Part shown: piece by piece, positions 28,359 through 38,323 of the stretch | How positions within the stretch are numbered: the first letter of the stretch is position 1 | Layout of the letters: each line of letters begins with the position of its first letter | NCBI GenBank assembly: GCA_964415615.1 | Contig: CAYQAW010000001.1 | Span: forward strand, 40,593 to 104,592 | DNA from: an uncultured Gammaproteobacteria bacterium | GTDB lineage: Bacteria; Patescibacteriota; Microgenomatia; Daviesbacterales; UBA10151 | Direction: 5' to 3' | DNA: 64,000 nucleotides | Translations under genes and position numbers: made by a program | Notes under the pieces: model-generated | The model's database searches: none | What the model saw: only the letters and a program-made list of their open reading frames with translations | Told to the model about the DNA's origin: nothing

Positions 28359-29126
28359 TTACAACCCATAGCAGGTTAAAACCTCAGCTTTCTTTTCTCC
28401 TGCATTTACAGTCATCTCAAAAAGCCCTCCCCAGGATTTATCTAATGCTGAAAAAGTCCAATTATCTTCCCCTAAAACTACATCTGGCCCCCCTTTAGTA
28501 TAAATCACTTCAATTGCCAAAGTCATGCCACTCTTTACTACTGAACCAGTTCCTGGAGACCCAACCCCTGGTATTTCCGGATCTTCATGCAAAGATCTAC
28601 CCACTCCATGTCCTACTAAACTTCTGACTACACTATAACCTGCTCCTTCTACTTTAGTTTGAATTGCATGCGATATGTCCCCAATCCTATTACCGTCTAC
28701 CGCCTGAGCAATTCCCAACCATAACGCTTCCTCTCCCGTTTTCAAAAATTTTATTTTTTCTGACTGTTCACTGTCTACTGTACCCTGTCCACTTACTAAA
28801 ACACTCCAGGCGCAATCCGTATGCCAACCTTTATAGACAACTGCCAAATCTACACTCACTAAATCACCGTTGACAAACTTCCGATCGGTAGGTATTCCGT
28901 GTACTACTTGCTCATTTACTGTAATACATGTGGCATATTTATATCCAGGTACAGTTTTATAAGAGAGATCTCCACCATATTTATAAATCTCTTTTTTAAC
29001 TATCTCATCAACCTCCAACTCTGAGGTACCAACTTTTATAGACTCCATGGCGCGCTTGAGTGCTTTTGCTGCGATCTCGCCCGAATGTCTCATCAACTTT
29101 AGCTCATATTGATTTCTTGATTTCAT
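28359..29126 (-). CDS. map: methionine aminopeptidase type I
   Basis: VVHGIP...DLVSVDLAVVYKGWHTDCAWSV...HGVGRSLHEDP. Confidence 0.9.
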   Translation of the reverse strand: MKSRNQYELKLMRHSGEIAAKALKRAMESIKVGTSELEVDEIVKKEIYKYGGDLSYKTVPGYKYATCITVNEQVVHGIPTDRKFVNGDLVSVDLAVVYKGWHTDCAWSVLVSGQGTVDSEQSEKIKFLKTGEEALWLGIAQAVDGNRIGDISHAIQTKVEGAGYSVVRSLVGHGVGRSLHEDPEIPGVGSPGTGSVVKSGMTLAIEVIYTKGGPDVVLGEDNWTFSALDKSWGGLFEMTVNAGEKKAEVLTCYGL

Positions 29127-29628
29127 CTTGAATATTTTGTATGTCTCCTATTCCACTGATTTCAATTAATTTATTACCTTGTTTGTAATAATCCAAAAGT
29201 GACTGTGTTTGTTGATAATATAAATCTAACCTTTTCTTGATAAGTTCATAAGCATCATCGCTTCTGCCTCTTGCCAAAAGTCTTTTTATTACCTCTTCTT
29301 CTGGAACATCTAAATAAAAAACTTTATCAAAACTAGGATCAAAATTCCGTAGTTGATTCTCAGTTCTGGGATAACCATCAACGACAAAACCATCTTGACA
29401 ATCTTTCTCTTGCAGTCTTTGTTTAACTGTTTCAGAAGTTATCCGATCATCCACTAGTTGGCCACTGTCTAAAATCTCCTTAACACGTCTTCCCAGCTCA
29501 CTATCTTCTGAAGAAATTTTCCTGAATATATCTCCCATGCTTATAAAAGGCACTTTTAAAAATTCTGCTAAAAGTTTTGCCTGAGTAGACTTCCCAGATC
29601 CCTGTGGTCCAATCAGTAATATTTTCAT
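29104..29628 (-). CDS. adk: adenylate kinase (short form, no zinc lid)
   Basis: [36 protein letters not shown]. Confidence 0.9.
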   Translation of the reverse strand: MKILLIGPQGSGKSTQAKLLAEFLKVPFISMGDIFRKISSEDSELGRRVKEILDSGQLVDDRITSETVKQRLQEKDCQDGFVVDGYPRTENQLRNFDPSFDKVFYLDVPEEEVIKRLLARGRSDDAYELIKKRLDLYYQQTQSLLDYYKQGNKLIEISGIGDIQNIQDEIKKSI

Positions 29629-30920
29629 GATCTTCTCGCAAATACCTCGTAGCTTCTCTCAATTAACTTACTTTCAAACTGTTTGGCTGTATCTAAAATG
29701 ACTGATACTACAATCAGTAATCCTGTTCCACCCAATACTAGAGTTTTAACTCCTGTTACCTGTGCAGCTATCGAAGGCAAAATCGCAATTGCACCCAAAA
29801 ATATTGCTCCTGCCAATGTGATTCTAACCATAATATAATTCAAAAAAGCTGCTGTTTGAGTACCTGGCCTGATCCCGGGAATAAATCCTCCATATTTTTT
29901 GATCTCATCAGCAACTTTAGTGGGATTAAAAATAACAGCCGTATAAAAAAAGGTAAAACCAACTATCAAAAGAAAATAAATTAAATTATAAGTTACACTG
30001 TCTGGGTTAAAACTTGTTGCCAACATCCTCCCCACAGAAGAGAGTTGTGGATTCGAAAGGCCTGCAAGGTATGATCCAGCAAAAGATGGAACCAACACCA
30101 AAGAAACAGCAAAAATAATAGGAATTACTCCTGCTTGATTTACTCTTAAAGGTAAATAAGTTTGAGCACCTGTTCCCCCTTCTCTGCCACCGGTAAATCT
30201 TCTGGCATATTGGACAGTAATTTGTCTTCTACCCTCATTAATAAATACTACCCCTGCCACCACCAAAACTGATAGTACTGTAAAAATCAAAATATTGATG
30301 ATTTGTGTCTGATCAACCACAGAGGCAGTCTGAGTCAGAACAATTGGTACCCTGGAAACAATCCCTGCAAAGATCAGAAGTGATATTCCATTACCAATAC
30401 CATATTCTGTAATCAGCTCTCCAATCCACATTAAGAAAATAGTGCCTGCAGTCATTCCTACAATAATTGCAGCAACCTGCAGAGGATTTATTTGAGAAAT
30501 TATTCCCTGGTTTTTTAAAAGTACAAACATACCAATTGACTGCAAAATTGCCAAAGGAACAGTCAAATATCTGGTATATTGATTAATCATTTGTCTGCCC
30601 ATTTCGCCTTCTTTAGATAAAGCTTCCAATTTAGGACTAATCATAGTTAGCAGTTGAAATATAATTGAGGCGTTAATATATGGATTAAGACCCAAAGAAA
30701 TAATAGAAAAATTAGCCAGAGTCCCTCCTGAAAAAATATCCAGTAAGCCCAGGAATTGGTTGGAGGAAAAAAGTTGCTGCAATCCCTTCAGATCTACTCC
30801 TGAAACAGGAATATGAGCAGCAATTCTAACTAAAACGACCAAAATTACGGTGATAATGATTTTTCTACGTAGCTCTACAATTTTAAAGGCATTAATAATT
30901 GGAGAAAATATATTAGACAT
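29625..30920 (-). CDS. secY: preprotein translocase subunit SecY
   Basis: 431 aa with 10 TMs. It sits in the conserved position between rplO and adk. Confidence 0.93.
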   Translation of the reverse strand: MSNIFSPIINAFKIVELRRKIIITVILVVLVRIAAHIPVSGVDLKGLQQLFSSNQFLGLLDIFSGGTLANFSIISLGLNPYINASIIFQLLTMISPKLEALSKEGEMGRQMINQYTRYLTVPLAILQSIGMFVLLKNQGIISQINPLQVAAIIVGMTAGTIFLMWIGELITEYGIGNGISLLIFAGIVSRVPIVLTQTASVVDQTQIINILIFTVLSVLVVAGVVFINEGRRQITVQYARRFTGGREGGTGAQTYLPLRVNQAGVIPIIFAVSLVLVPSFAGSYLAGLSNPQLSSVGRMLATSFNPDSVTYNLIYFLLIVGFTFFYTAVIFNPTKVADEIKKYGGFIPGIRPGTQTAAFLNYIMVRITLAGAIFLGAIAILPSIAAQVTGVKTLVLGGTGLLIVVSVILDTAKQFESKLIERSYEVFARRS

Positions 30921-31308
30921 TTTCTATTTTTCCGCCCAATTTTTCTATCTTTTTTTGGGCAGTGGCAGACATAGGGATTTTAATAGTAAGTTTTTTGGTC
31001 AACTCTCCATTATCTAAAAGCTTTACTCCTTTTTTTGCTTCTGTCCCGGAGATAATTTTTGCCTCCAGTAATTTGTTAATATCAACAACTTCTTCGTCTT
31101 TAAAAATATTCAGTTGCGAAAGACTTATTAATTTTGGCTTAATAGACAAATTAGGATTACCTTTTCCTCTTCTTAAAGGTAATTTTTTATATAAAGAAAG
31201 TCCACCTGTAAAAGTGGCAGGAATTTTACCTCTGGCTTTTTGACCTTTAGTCCCTCTACCTGCAGTCTTTCCTTTTCCAGAACCTATACCCCGGCCTAAT
31301 CTTTTCAT
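30913..31308 (-). CDS. rplO: 50S ribosomal protein L15
   Basis: [28 protein letters not shown]. Confidence 0.92.
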   Translation of the reverse strand: MKRLGRGIGSGKGKTAGRGTKGQKARGKIPATFTGGLSLYKKLPLRRGKGNPNLSIKPKLISLSQLNIFKDEEVVDINKLLEAKIISGTEAKKGVKLLDNGELTKKLTIKIPMSATAQKKIEKLGGKIENV

Positions 31309-31793
31309 ACTTTTCCCTCTATTTTCTTAAGCTTACCTAAAGCCTCCAAAGTTGCATAAACATTAGAAGCCTTGTTTTTGGTACCCAAAATTTTGGAAAC
31401 AATATCGTGTATTCCTGCCGCCTCCACTACCACCCTGACTGCTCCTCCGGCAATCACTCCAGTTCCCTCAGGCGCAGGCTTTAAAAGTACCCTTGCCGCG
31501 CCATTTTTTACCACAATTGGATGTGGAATTGTTCTACCTTTTAGAGAAACTTGTATCATGTGCTTTTTTGCATAAGTGGTAGCTTTTCTGACTGCAGATT
31601 GCACTTCAGCTGCCTTACCCAGTCCTACTCCTACTTTACCTTTTTTATCACCAACTACCACCAAAACAGATAATGACCTTTTATCTCCGCCTTTAGTTTT
31701 TTTAGAAACGCGGTTGACCTGAACCACTCTTTCAAAAAATTCAGATTCTGGCTGTTGTGTTTGAGCGCCTCTTTGATTATATTTATTATTCAT
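31305..31793 (-). CDS. rpsE: 30S ribosomal protein S5
   Basis: RVVQVNRVSKKTKGGDKRSLSVLVVVGDKKGKVGVGLGKAAEV... The start is taken at MNNKYNQ to limit overlap with rplR. No rpmD (L30) gene lies between rpsE and rplO. Confidence 0.88.
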   Translation of the reverse strand: MNNKYNQRGAQTQQPESEFFERVVQVNRVSKKTKGGDKRSLSVLVVVGDKKGKVGVGLGKAAEVQSAVRKATTYAKKHMIQVSLKGRTIPHPIVVKNGAARVLLKPAPEGTGVIAGGAVRVVVEAAGIHDIVSKILGTKNKASNVYATLEALGKLKKIEGKV

Positions 31794-31797
31794 ATAG

Positions 31798-32133
31798 TTA
31801 AAATTCCAAACCTCCCTCTCTGGCACCTTTTCCAAGCTCAGCTATCCTACCATGATATAAAAATCCACCTCTGTCAAATACCACTTTTCTAATTTTAATC
31901 TTTAATGCTTTTTTTGCTAAGGTTTTACCCACTTCATACGCTCTTTTCATCTTCTGCTCCTTAGTCATTTTAAAATCGTTACCTGACACTAAAGTTTTAC
32001 CAAGTTTATCGTCTATAATTTGAGCATAAATGTGCTGACTGGAACGAAACACAGCCAGTCTGGGCTTATCTTCAGTACCGTAAATATATTTCCTAATTCT
32101 GAGATGTCTTTTTATTCTAGATTCTTGTTTCAT
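31798..32133 (-). CDS. rplR: 50S ribosomal protein L18
   Basis: PRLAVFRSSQHIYAQIIDD...FDRGGFLYHGRIAELGKGAREGGLEF. Confidence 0.92.
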   Translation of the reverse strand: MKQESRIKRHLRIRKYIYGTEDKPRLAVFRSSQHIYAQIIDDKLGKTLVSGNDFKMTKEQKMKRAYEVGKTLAKKALKIKIRKVVFDRGGFLYHGRIAELGKGAREGGLEF

Positions 32134-32699
32134 ACCTTTCCTCCAGCTGTACCCGTTGCTCCAACTTTGGCACTCTTGCCTACTTTCTTCCTAATATATT
32201 CACCTGCATATCTTATTCCTTTACCCTTATATGCATCTGGAATTCTGACCTTTTTAATATTGGCTGCAACTTGTCCCACCAGTTGCTTATCTATTCCAGA
32301 CACTTTAATCTTTGTATTATCCACTACCTCAAAAGTAACACCCTCTGGAGCAATAATCTCTACAGGATGAGAAAAACCAACATTTAAAGTTAGTTTGTCT
32401 CCGCCTACTTGAGCCCTAAATCCCACACCAATCAGTTCCAAGTTTTTACTCCAAGATTGTGTAACTCCTGTTATCATATTAGCAATTAGACTTCTTGTTA
32501 AACCATGCAATGCTCTAATTTTCTTTTGATCATCTTTCCTTTTAACAGTTAGCTTGTCCCCTGCAATTTCTACTTCTATTGCAGAATCCACGTTTAAACT
32601 CAAGACACCTTTTGGACCAGTCACACGTATCAAACTTCCAGTCTCTTCAACTGTAATTCCTGCAGGTATTATAATAATTGCATTACCAATTCTGCTCAT
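32130..32699 (-). CDS. rplF: 50S ribosomal protein L6
   Basis: MSRIGNAIIIIPAGITVE...GPKGVLSL. Confidence 0.92.
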   Translation of the reverse strand: MSRIGNAIIIIPAGITVEETGSLIRVTGPKGVLSLNVDSAIEVEIAGDKLTVKRKDDQKKIRALHGLTRSLIANMITGVTQSWSKNLELIGVGFRAQVGGDKLTLNVGFSHPVEIIAPEGVTFEVVDNTKIKVSGIDKQLVGQVAANIKKVRIPDAYKGKGIRYAGEYIRKKVGKSAKVGATGTAGGKV

Positions 32700-32704
32700 A
32701 GTTT

Positions 32705-33079
32705 TTACCAGACCAACGCTAGCACTTCTCCACCTACTTTTGATTTACGGGCCTCTCTATCAGTCATCAGGCCCTTTGGTGTGGATATAATAGCTATTCC
32801 CAACCCATTTAAAACTGACGGCAACTCTCTCGCTCCTTTATAAACTCTAAGGCTTGGTTTAGAAACTCTTTTGATATCAGTTAAAACAGGAACTCTCAAG
32901 TTGTATTTAAGTGTCACTATTATTTCCCTATCTTTTTTAGCTACATCAGAAAGGTAGCCTTCTTTTTTAAGCAACTCTGTCATATTCCAAACCAATTTGG
33001 AAGATTTTACAGAAACCGTAATTTTACCTACCTGATAACCATTTTTTATTCTAATTAACGTATCCGCTATGGGATCCAT
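32705..33079 (-). CDS. rpsH: 30S ribosomal protein S8
   Basis: MDPIADTLIRIKNGYQVGK. Confidence 0.93.
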   Translation of the reverse strand: MDPIADTLIRIKNGYQVGKITVSVKSSKLVWNMTELLKKEGYLSDVAKKDREIIVTLKYNLRVPVLTDIKRVSKPSLRVYKGARELPSVLNGLGIAIISTPKGLMTDREARKSKVGGEVLALVW

Positions 33080-33080
33080 G

Positions 33081-33260
33081 TTACCAACTCGCTTTCTTCA
33101 CTCCAGGAAGCATTCCCAGATGTGCTAATTCTCTAAAACAAAGCCTGCAAAGTCCAAATTTTCTAATATATGCCCGTGGCCTTCCACACCGCATACACCG
33201 GTTTGTCTTTTGTACATCATATTTAAATTTAGTTTTTACAATATTACTTACTTTAGCCAT
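33081..33260 (-). CDS. rpsZ: 30S ribosomal protein S14 type Z (zinc-ribbon form)
   Basis: Manual [62 protein letters not shown]. It is not in the ORF track. Confidence 0.9.
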   Translation of the reverse strand: MAKVSNIVKTKFKYDVQKTNRCMRCGRPRAYIRKFGLCRLCFRELAHLGMLPGVKKASW

Positions 33261-33351
33261 ATTAGTCGCTCCGCTCCAATGTATAATTGAAAATGTAAAA
33301 TGGAAAATTATTTTTCATAGTTTTTAATTGTAAATTGTACATTGTAAATTG

Positions 33352-33897
33352 TTAATTTCTAAATGGCATTCCTAAATACTCTAATAATTTCTTACCTTCT
33401 TGTTTGTTTCTTGCAGTAGTGGTGATAGTTACTGCCAAACCTCTGGTTTTATCCACGCTTTTATAATCAACTTCTGGAAAAATAGTTTGCTCTTTCAAAC
33501 CAATATTTAAATTCCCATTTTGATCAAAAGCATCAGCAGATATACCTCTGAAATCTCTCACCTTAGGTAAAACAATACTTACTAACTTATCCAAGAAAGC
33601 ATACATTTTATCACCTCTCAGTGTCACCATCATCCCAATTGGCTGACCCTGTGCAACTTTAAAAGCTGCAATTGATTTTTTGGCCTTTGTTACAACAGGG
33701 TTTTGACCTGCTAGAGCAGATAAATAAACCTTTACCTTATCCAGAATACCGCTATTATCTTTTGCTTCACCCAAACCAATACTAATTACTATTTTTGTAA
33801 CAGAGGGCACTGCCAGCTTGTTTTTAAATCCCAACTCCTGCTGCAATTTTGCTTGTATTTCTTTAAAATATTTTTCTTTAAGCCTTTGCATTTTCAA
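33352..33897 (-). CDS. rplE: 50S ribosomal protein L5
   Basis: MQRLKEKYFKEIQAKLQQELGFKN... Confidence 0.92.
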   Translation of the reverse strand: MKMQRLKEKYFKEIQAKLQQELGFKNKLAVPSVTKIVISIGLGEAKDNSGILDKVKVYLSALAGQNPVVTKAKKSIAAFKVAQGQPIGMMVTLRGDKMYAFLDKLVSIVLPKVRDFRGISADAFDQNGNLNIGLKEQTIFPEVDYKSVDKTRGLAVTITTTARNKQEGKKLLEYLGMPFRN

Positions 33898-34195
33898 TCT
33901 CCTTTTTGCACTTGTGGCAAACTCTCATTTTCTCATTCCCTATCATCTTAAAACCTACTCTAGTCACTTTTTTACAATTAGGACAAATTAAAGCCACATT
34001 AGATGCGTCCAAAGATTTAGGAATATCGACAATCCCACCCTGCATATCTTTGTACTTTTTTACGTGTCTTTTATAGAGATTTACACCGCTCACAAAAACT
34101 CTTCCGTCCTTACCTTTCACATACTCAACCTTACCTTCTTTACCACGATCTTTACCTAATAGAACTTTTACTTGATCTCCTTTTTTAATCTTCAT
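33878..34195 (-). CDS. rplX: 50S ribosomal protein L24 with a Cys4 (zinc-ribbon-like) C-terminal region
   Basis: [26 protein letters not shown] motif. The C-terminus reads CPNCKKVTRVGFKMIGNEKMRVCHKCKKE. Confidence 0.88.
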   Translation of the reverse strand: MKIKKGDQVKVLLGKDRGKEGKVEYVKGKDGRVFVSGVNLYKRHVKKYKDMQGGIVDIPKSLDASNVALICPNCKKVTRVGFKMIGNEKMRVCHKCKKEIENAKA

Positions 34196-34563
34196 TACCA
34201 TACCTCCTGCGCAAGTGAAATAATCTTCGTGTATCCTGCATCCCGAACTTCTCTGGCAATCGGCCCAAAGATACGGGTGGCCCGCAAATTACCATCGTTA
34301 TCTATAACTACCCCAGCATTATCATCAAATTTTATATATGAACCATCATCACGTCTAACTTCTTTTTTAGTTCTGACTATGACTACCTTTATAACTTCAT
34401 GGTTTTTAACTTGTCCATTAGGATCTGCTCCTTTAACGACTGCTACCACCTTCTGCCCTAAAGTAGCCTTTCTTTTACCTGAACCACCCAAAGGTTGAAT
34501 AACCTGTATAGATTTTGCTCCGCTGTTGTCTGCCACTGTTAATATTGTTCTATGTTGTACCAT
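34195..34563 (-). CDS. rplN: 50S ribosomal protein L14
   Basis: [23 protein letters not shown]. Confidence 0.93.
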   Translation of the reverse strand: MVQHRTILTVADNSGAKSIQVIQPLGGSGKRKATLGQKVVAVVKGADPNGQVKNHEVIKVVIVRTKKEVRRDDGSYIKFDDNAGVVIDNDGNLRATRIFGPIAREVRDAGYTKIISLAQEVW

Positions 34564-34588
34564 AAAATTAGCTATCAGTCTTCAGCTT

Positions 34589-34969
34589 TCAGCTGTCAGA
34601 CTTCTCCTTCCTTTTAGCCTTTTTTTCTGCTTTTTCAGTCTGATGACTGACAGCTGATGACTCTTCAGTCTTTTCTTCTTCTGGCATTACTTCAGCTATC
34701 GCCTGCTCTGCTGCCATTTTCTGTTCTGCCTCCACAATTTCTGCTAAATTCTTCCCTATTACCTTTACAACTCTCCAGTGTTTATTTTTAGAAACTGGTT
34801 TTACTTTAATAATTTCTACTATATCCCCCAGCTTTACTCCAATAGGATCATCCACTAAAATATTTTTAGATCTTAAAAAAGTCTTTCTATATAAAGGATG
34901 CATGGCTGTCCTTTCTATAAGCACTGTTGCAGTTTTACTCATTTTTGCTGATATTACTCTGCCTTTCAT
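34589..34969 (-). CDS. rpsQ: 30S ribosomal protein S17 with a repeat-encoded Lys-rich C-terminal tail
   Basis: GRVISAKMSKTATVLIERTAMHPLYRKT. The tail ...SHQTEKAEKKAKRKEKSDS is encoded by repeat module A. Confidence 0.9.
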   Translation of the reverse strand: MKGRVISAKMSKTATVLIERTAMHPLYRKTFLRSKNILVDDPIGVKLGDIVEIIKVKPVSKNKHWRVVKVIGKNLAEIVEAEQKMAAEQAIAEVMPEEEKTEESSAVSHQTEKAEKKAKRKEKSDS

Positions 34970-34994
34970 GAAATTAGCTATCAGTCTTCAGCTT

Positions 34995-35291
34995 TCAGCT
35001 ATCAGACTTTTCCTTTCTTTTGTTTGACTTCTTTGGCTTTTCTTCTTTTTCATCTGTTTTTTCAGTCTGGAGACTTATTGACTCTAACTCTACCATCAAT
35101 TCTTTCTGTTTGATCAGTGTCAAGATTTGAGCCACTTCTTTTTTCCTTTTTGAAATCGTTTTTAAATCTTTTAATTTCTTCATATTTTTATCCAAAGTCA
35201 AACTAACAATTTCTTCAGTTAAAGTCTTTACTTTAAGTTTTAGTTCTTTTAAATCTAATCCTTTAATTTGTACAAACTCGTTTTTTTTCAT
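34995..35291 (-). CDS. rpmC: 50S ribosomal protein L29 with a repeat-encoded C-terminal tail
   Basis: MKKNEFVQIKGLDLKELKLKVKTLTEEIVSL... The tail ...EKPKKSNKRKEKSDS comes from repeat module B. The start is set at MKKNEF. Confidence 0.85.
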   Translation of the reverse strand: MKKNEFVQIKGLDLKELKLKVKTLTEEIVSLTLDKNMKKLKDLKTISKRKKEVAQILTLIKQKELMVELESISLQTEKTDEKEEKPKKSNKRKEKSDS

Positions 35292-35370
35292 GTTTTTGAT
35301 CCTTTCAAAAAGACAAGGTTCTGATGACTGAGCAATATAATATTTCCAAATTGCGAAGTCATCATGGTCC

Positions 35371-35784
35371 TTATGTTTTCTCCACAAATTTAGTATCCAT
35401 AGGCAGTTTATGAGAAGCCAACCTTAATGCTTCTTCTGCTATTTCCTTGCTGACAGCTCCCATTTCAAAAATTAAATTGCCTGGTTTTACCACTGCTACA
35501 TATCCTTCCACATCACCCTTACCAGAACCCATTCTGGATTCTGCTGGGTGCTTAGTAATTGGCTTATCAGGAAAAACCCTCATCCAAATACGTCCACCTC
35601 TTTGGGTAAAGTGAGCCATGGCTCTTCTTGCTGATTCCAACTGTCTTGCTGTAATAAATCCCGCTTCCATAACCTTGATCCCAAAAGTCCCAAAAGACAA
35701 ACTATTACCCCTGGTGGCCACACCACTTCTTTTACCTTTAAAAACTTTTCTATGTTTAGTTCTTTTCGGTTGTAACAGGGCCAT
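35371..35784 (-). CDS. rplP: 50S ribosomal protein L16
   Basis: [21 protein letters not shown]. Confidence 0.93.
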   Translation of the reverse strand: MALLQPKRTKHRKVFKGKRSGVATRGNSLSFGTFGIKVMEAGFITARQLESARRAMAHFTQRGGRIWMRVFPDKPITKHPAESRMGSGKGDVEGYVAVVKPGNLIFEMGAVSKEIAEEALRLASHKLPMDTKFVEKT

Positions 35785-36425
35785 TAAATTTTTACCTCCC
35801 CTTTATTAATCCACACTTTTACCCCTACATATCCTGATTTTGTCAAAGCTGGGTATGAAGCAAAATCTATATCCGCTCTTAAAGTATGTAAAGGCATCGT
35901 TCCCGAGGCTTTCCATTCACGTCTCGCAATCTCTGCTCCACCAATTCTACCAGACAAAACAACTCTGACCCCTTTTGCGCCAGATCTCATCGCTCTTTCG
36001 ATTGCCTGATTCATCACTCTTTGCGCAGGAAGTCTTCTGGCAAGCTGTTCAGCCACAGATTGAGCAACCAAGTAAGCTACGGAATCTGCTGATTTTATTT
36101 CCATTGGCGCCACTTCTAAAGTGTTATCGTTTTTAATCTTTAATTCTACCATTAGAAACTTTTTAATTTCAGTTAAACCTGTTCCACCTCGTCCGATCAA
36201 AACTCCAGGGCGCGAAACAAAGATTATAACTTTTAATTTATTCACCGCTCTCTCAATCTCTACAGCAGCTACCCCTGCTTTTGAGAGCTTCTTCATCAGC
36301 AGATCACGGATTTTCAAATCTTCTAAGACATTTTCTCTATATTTAATTCCATGAGCAAACCAACGTGACTTCCAAGTTGACCCAATACCCATTCTAAAAC
36401 CTACCGGATGTATTTTTTGTCCCAT
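35784..36425 (-). CDS. rpsC: 30S ribosomal protein S3
   Basis: [15 protein letters not shown]... Confidence 0.93.
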   Translation of the reverse strand: MGQKIHPVGFRMGIGSTWKSRWFAHGIKYRENVLEDLKIRDLLMKKLSKAGVAAVEIERAVNKLKVIIFVSRPGVLIGRGGTGLTEIKKFLMVELKIKNDNTLEVAPMEIKSADSVAYLVAQSVAEQLARRLPAQRVMNQAIERAMRSGAKGVRVVLSGRIGGAEIARREWKASGTMPLHTLRADIDFASYPALTKSGYVGVKVWINKGEVKI

Positions 36426-36455
36426 AAAAAGTCATCAGTCTTCAGCTTTCAGCTA

Positions 36456-36875
36456 TCAGACTTTTCCTTTCTTTTGTTCAACTTTTTCTGTTTCTGTCTG
36501 CTTTGTTTTCAGTCTGATGACTGATGACTGATGACTGATGACTATTGGCTCATCACTTAGCACTATTTTTATATGTGCCATCCTCTTTTTATATGGTCTC
36601 ACTCTTCCTCTGGTACCTGCCCTGAAACGGCGCATCTTTGTGCTTTCATTTATCTCAATTGTCTTAAAACTTGCTTTTTGGGAATCTAAACCTTTCCCCT
36701 TAGCATTAGCAAGCACTGTTTTAATGGCTTTCTGAAAATCTAAAGCAGCAGACTTGGGTGTAACTTCCAAAACAGCAATGGCTTGATCAGGAGTCATTTT
36801 TCTCACCATATCAGCTACTAATCTCAATTTTCTTGGACTTGTATGTATATATTTTTGTATCGTTGTTATTTCCAT
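36456..36875 (-). CDS. rplV: 50S ribosomal protein L22 with a repeat-encoded C-terminal tail that contains a heptanucleotide tandem repeat
   Basis: METTIQKYIHTSPRKLRLVADMVRKM... The tail VISHQSSVIRLKTKQTETEKVEQKKGKV is encoded by repeat module C and includes (CTGATGA)4. Confidence 0.9.
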   Translation of the reverse strand: MEITTIQKYIHTSPRKLRLVADMVRKMTPDQAIAVLEVTPKSAALDFQKAIKTVLANAKGKGLDSQKASFKTIEINESTKMRRFRAGTRGRVRPYKKRMAHIKIVLSDEPIVISHQSSVIRLKTKQTETEKVEQKKGKV

Positions 36876-36876
36876 A

Positions 36877-37161
36877 TTATGTCTTTGCCACAGATTTTTC
36901 TGTTACTTTTCCATGACCTCTAAAGATTCTAGTCGGAGCAAATTCACCTAATCTTTGTCCTACCATTGATTCAGTGACAAATACAGTCACAAAATTTTTA
37001 CCCTGATGAACTAAAAAAGTCTGACCTACAAACTCAGGTGGAATTTGTGATCTTCTAGCCCAAGTTTTAATTGGGTTTTTAGGACCACCAGCCTTTTGAA
37101 CCATGACTTTTTTCATTAACTTTTCATCAATATATGGTCCTTTTTTTGTTGATCTACTCAT
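36877..37161 (-). CDS. rpsS: 30S ribosomal protein S19
   Basis: [19 protein letters not shown]. Confidence 0.93.
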   Translation of the reverse strand: MSRSTKKGPYIDEKLMKKVMVQKAGGPKNPIKTWARRSQIPPEFVGQTFLVHQGKNFVTVFVTESMVGQRLGEFAPTRIFRGHGKVTEKSVAKT

Positions 37162-37898
37162 GGTCTTCTCCTTTTGACAATATATCTACTTGTCTGCTTT
37201 TTCTTATTCCTGGTTTTACCAACAGCAGGACGGCCATATTTAGTCATTGGTGTTTTTCTACCGATTCCAGATCTGCCTTCTCCTCCGCCGTGAGGATGAG
37301 AATCAGGATCTTGAGCCACACCTCTGACTGTTGGCCTGATCCCCATATGACGTGATCTTCCAGCTTTACCTATTACTCTTTGTCTCATCTCTTCATTTCC
37401 CAAACTACCAATTGTGGCCAGCGATTCCAAAGGTATCATTCTAATCTCTCCTGAGGGTAATTTCAAATGTGCAAATTCACCCTCTTTGGCTAAAAGCTGC
37501 AAGGCAGTACCGGCACTGCGCCCAAGTTGTCCACCTTTTCCAGGCTTCATCTCTACATTATGAAGTAAAGTACCCACTGTAATATTTTTAAGCTTGCACG
37601 CATTGCCATCTTTTATTTCTACTTTTTCTCCTGATATGACTTCGCTACCAACTGCTATTCCTTTTGGTGCCAAGATATATCTATATTCACCATCCGCATA
37701 TTTAACCAATGCAATACCAACATTCCTGTTTGGATCATAATCTAAAGAGACTATCTCACCAGAAACTCCAAATTTATCTCTTTTAAAATCAATCTCCCTA
37801 TAATATCTTTTATGTCTGCCTCCCTGACCTCTCACAGTCACCATACCGCCTGTTGATCTGCCGGAGTGTTTCTTAAGTAATGTTTTTAGATTTTTCAC
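37158..37898 (-). CDS. rplB: 50S ribosomal protein L2
   Basis: ...[15 protein letters not shown]...HGGGEGRS... Confidence 0.93.
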   Translation of the reverse strand: MKNLKTLLKKHSGRSTGGMVTVRGQGGRHKRYYREIDFKRDKFGVSGEIVSLDYDPNRNVGIALVKYADGEYRYILAPKGIAVGSEVISGEKVEIKDGNACKLKNITVGTLLHNVEMKPGKGGQLGRSAGTALQLLAKEGEFAHLKLPSGEIRMIPLESLATIGSLGNEEMRQRVIGKAGRSRHMGIRPTVRGVAQDPDSHPHGGGEGRSGIGRKTPMTKYGRPAVGKTRNKKKQTSRYIVKRRRP

Positions 37899-38323
37899 TT
37901 TCCTGTAATCACCTTTCTCTGTGTTGTTGGCGCAGCGCCAACTGCGCTTCTTTCTACTTTAACTTTAGTTCTGCCTAAAATATCTTTCTTTTCTCTTAGC
38001 TTTATAGGTTCACCTTCCACTGTTGTGACTACTGCCTCTTCTTTAGGAGTTTCAAAGATAGTAATTTTGTCTCCTTTTTTAACTTGCACATAAGCCTTTT
38101 TAACTCCAGCGAGCATATAACTCTTTCTGACTCTTTTTTGGGATTTTACTTTACCTTTGATATTTATTATCTTAACTTGTAAGACTTTAACATTAAATCT
38201 TTGAGCTATTTTTTTGGCAACTTGTGGTTTTGTAGCATTTTTGTCAACCTCAAAAGCATACAACCCATTTTGAGCCAGCTTCATAGATTTTTCAGTAATA
38301 ATTGGTTGTTTAATTATAATCAT
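37895..38323 (-). CDS. rplW: 50S ribosomal protein L23 with a C-terminal extension
   Basis: MIIIKQPIITEKSMKLAQNGLYAFEVDKNATKPQVAKKIAQRFNVKV. Confidence 0.9.
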   Translation of the reverse strand: MIIIKQPIITEKSMKLAQNGLYAFEVDKNATKPQVAKKIAQRFNVKVLQVKIINIKGKVKSQKRVRKSYMLAGVKKAYVQVKKGDKITIFETPKEEAVVTTVEGEPIKLREKKDILGRTKVKVERSAVGAAPTTQRKVITGK

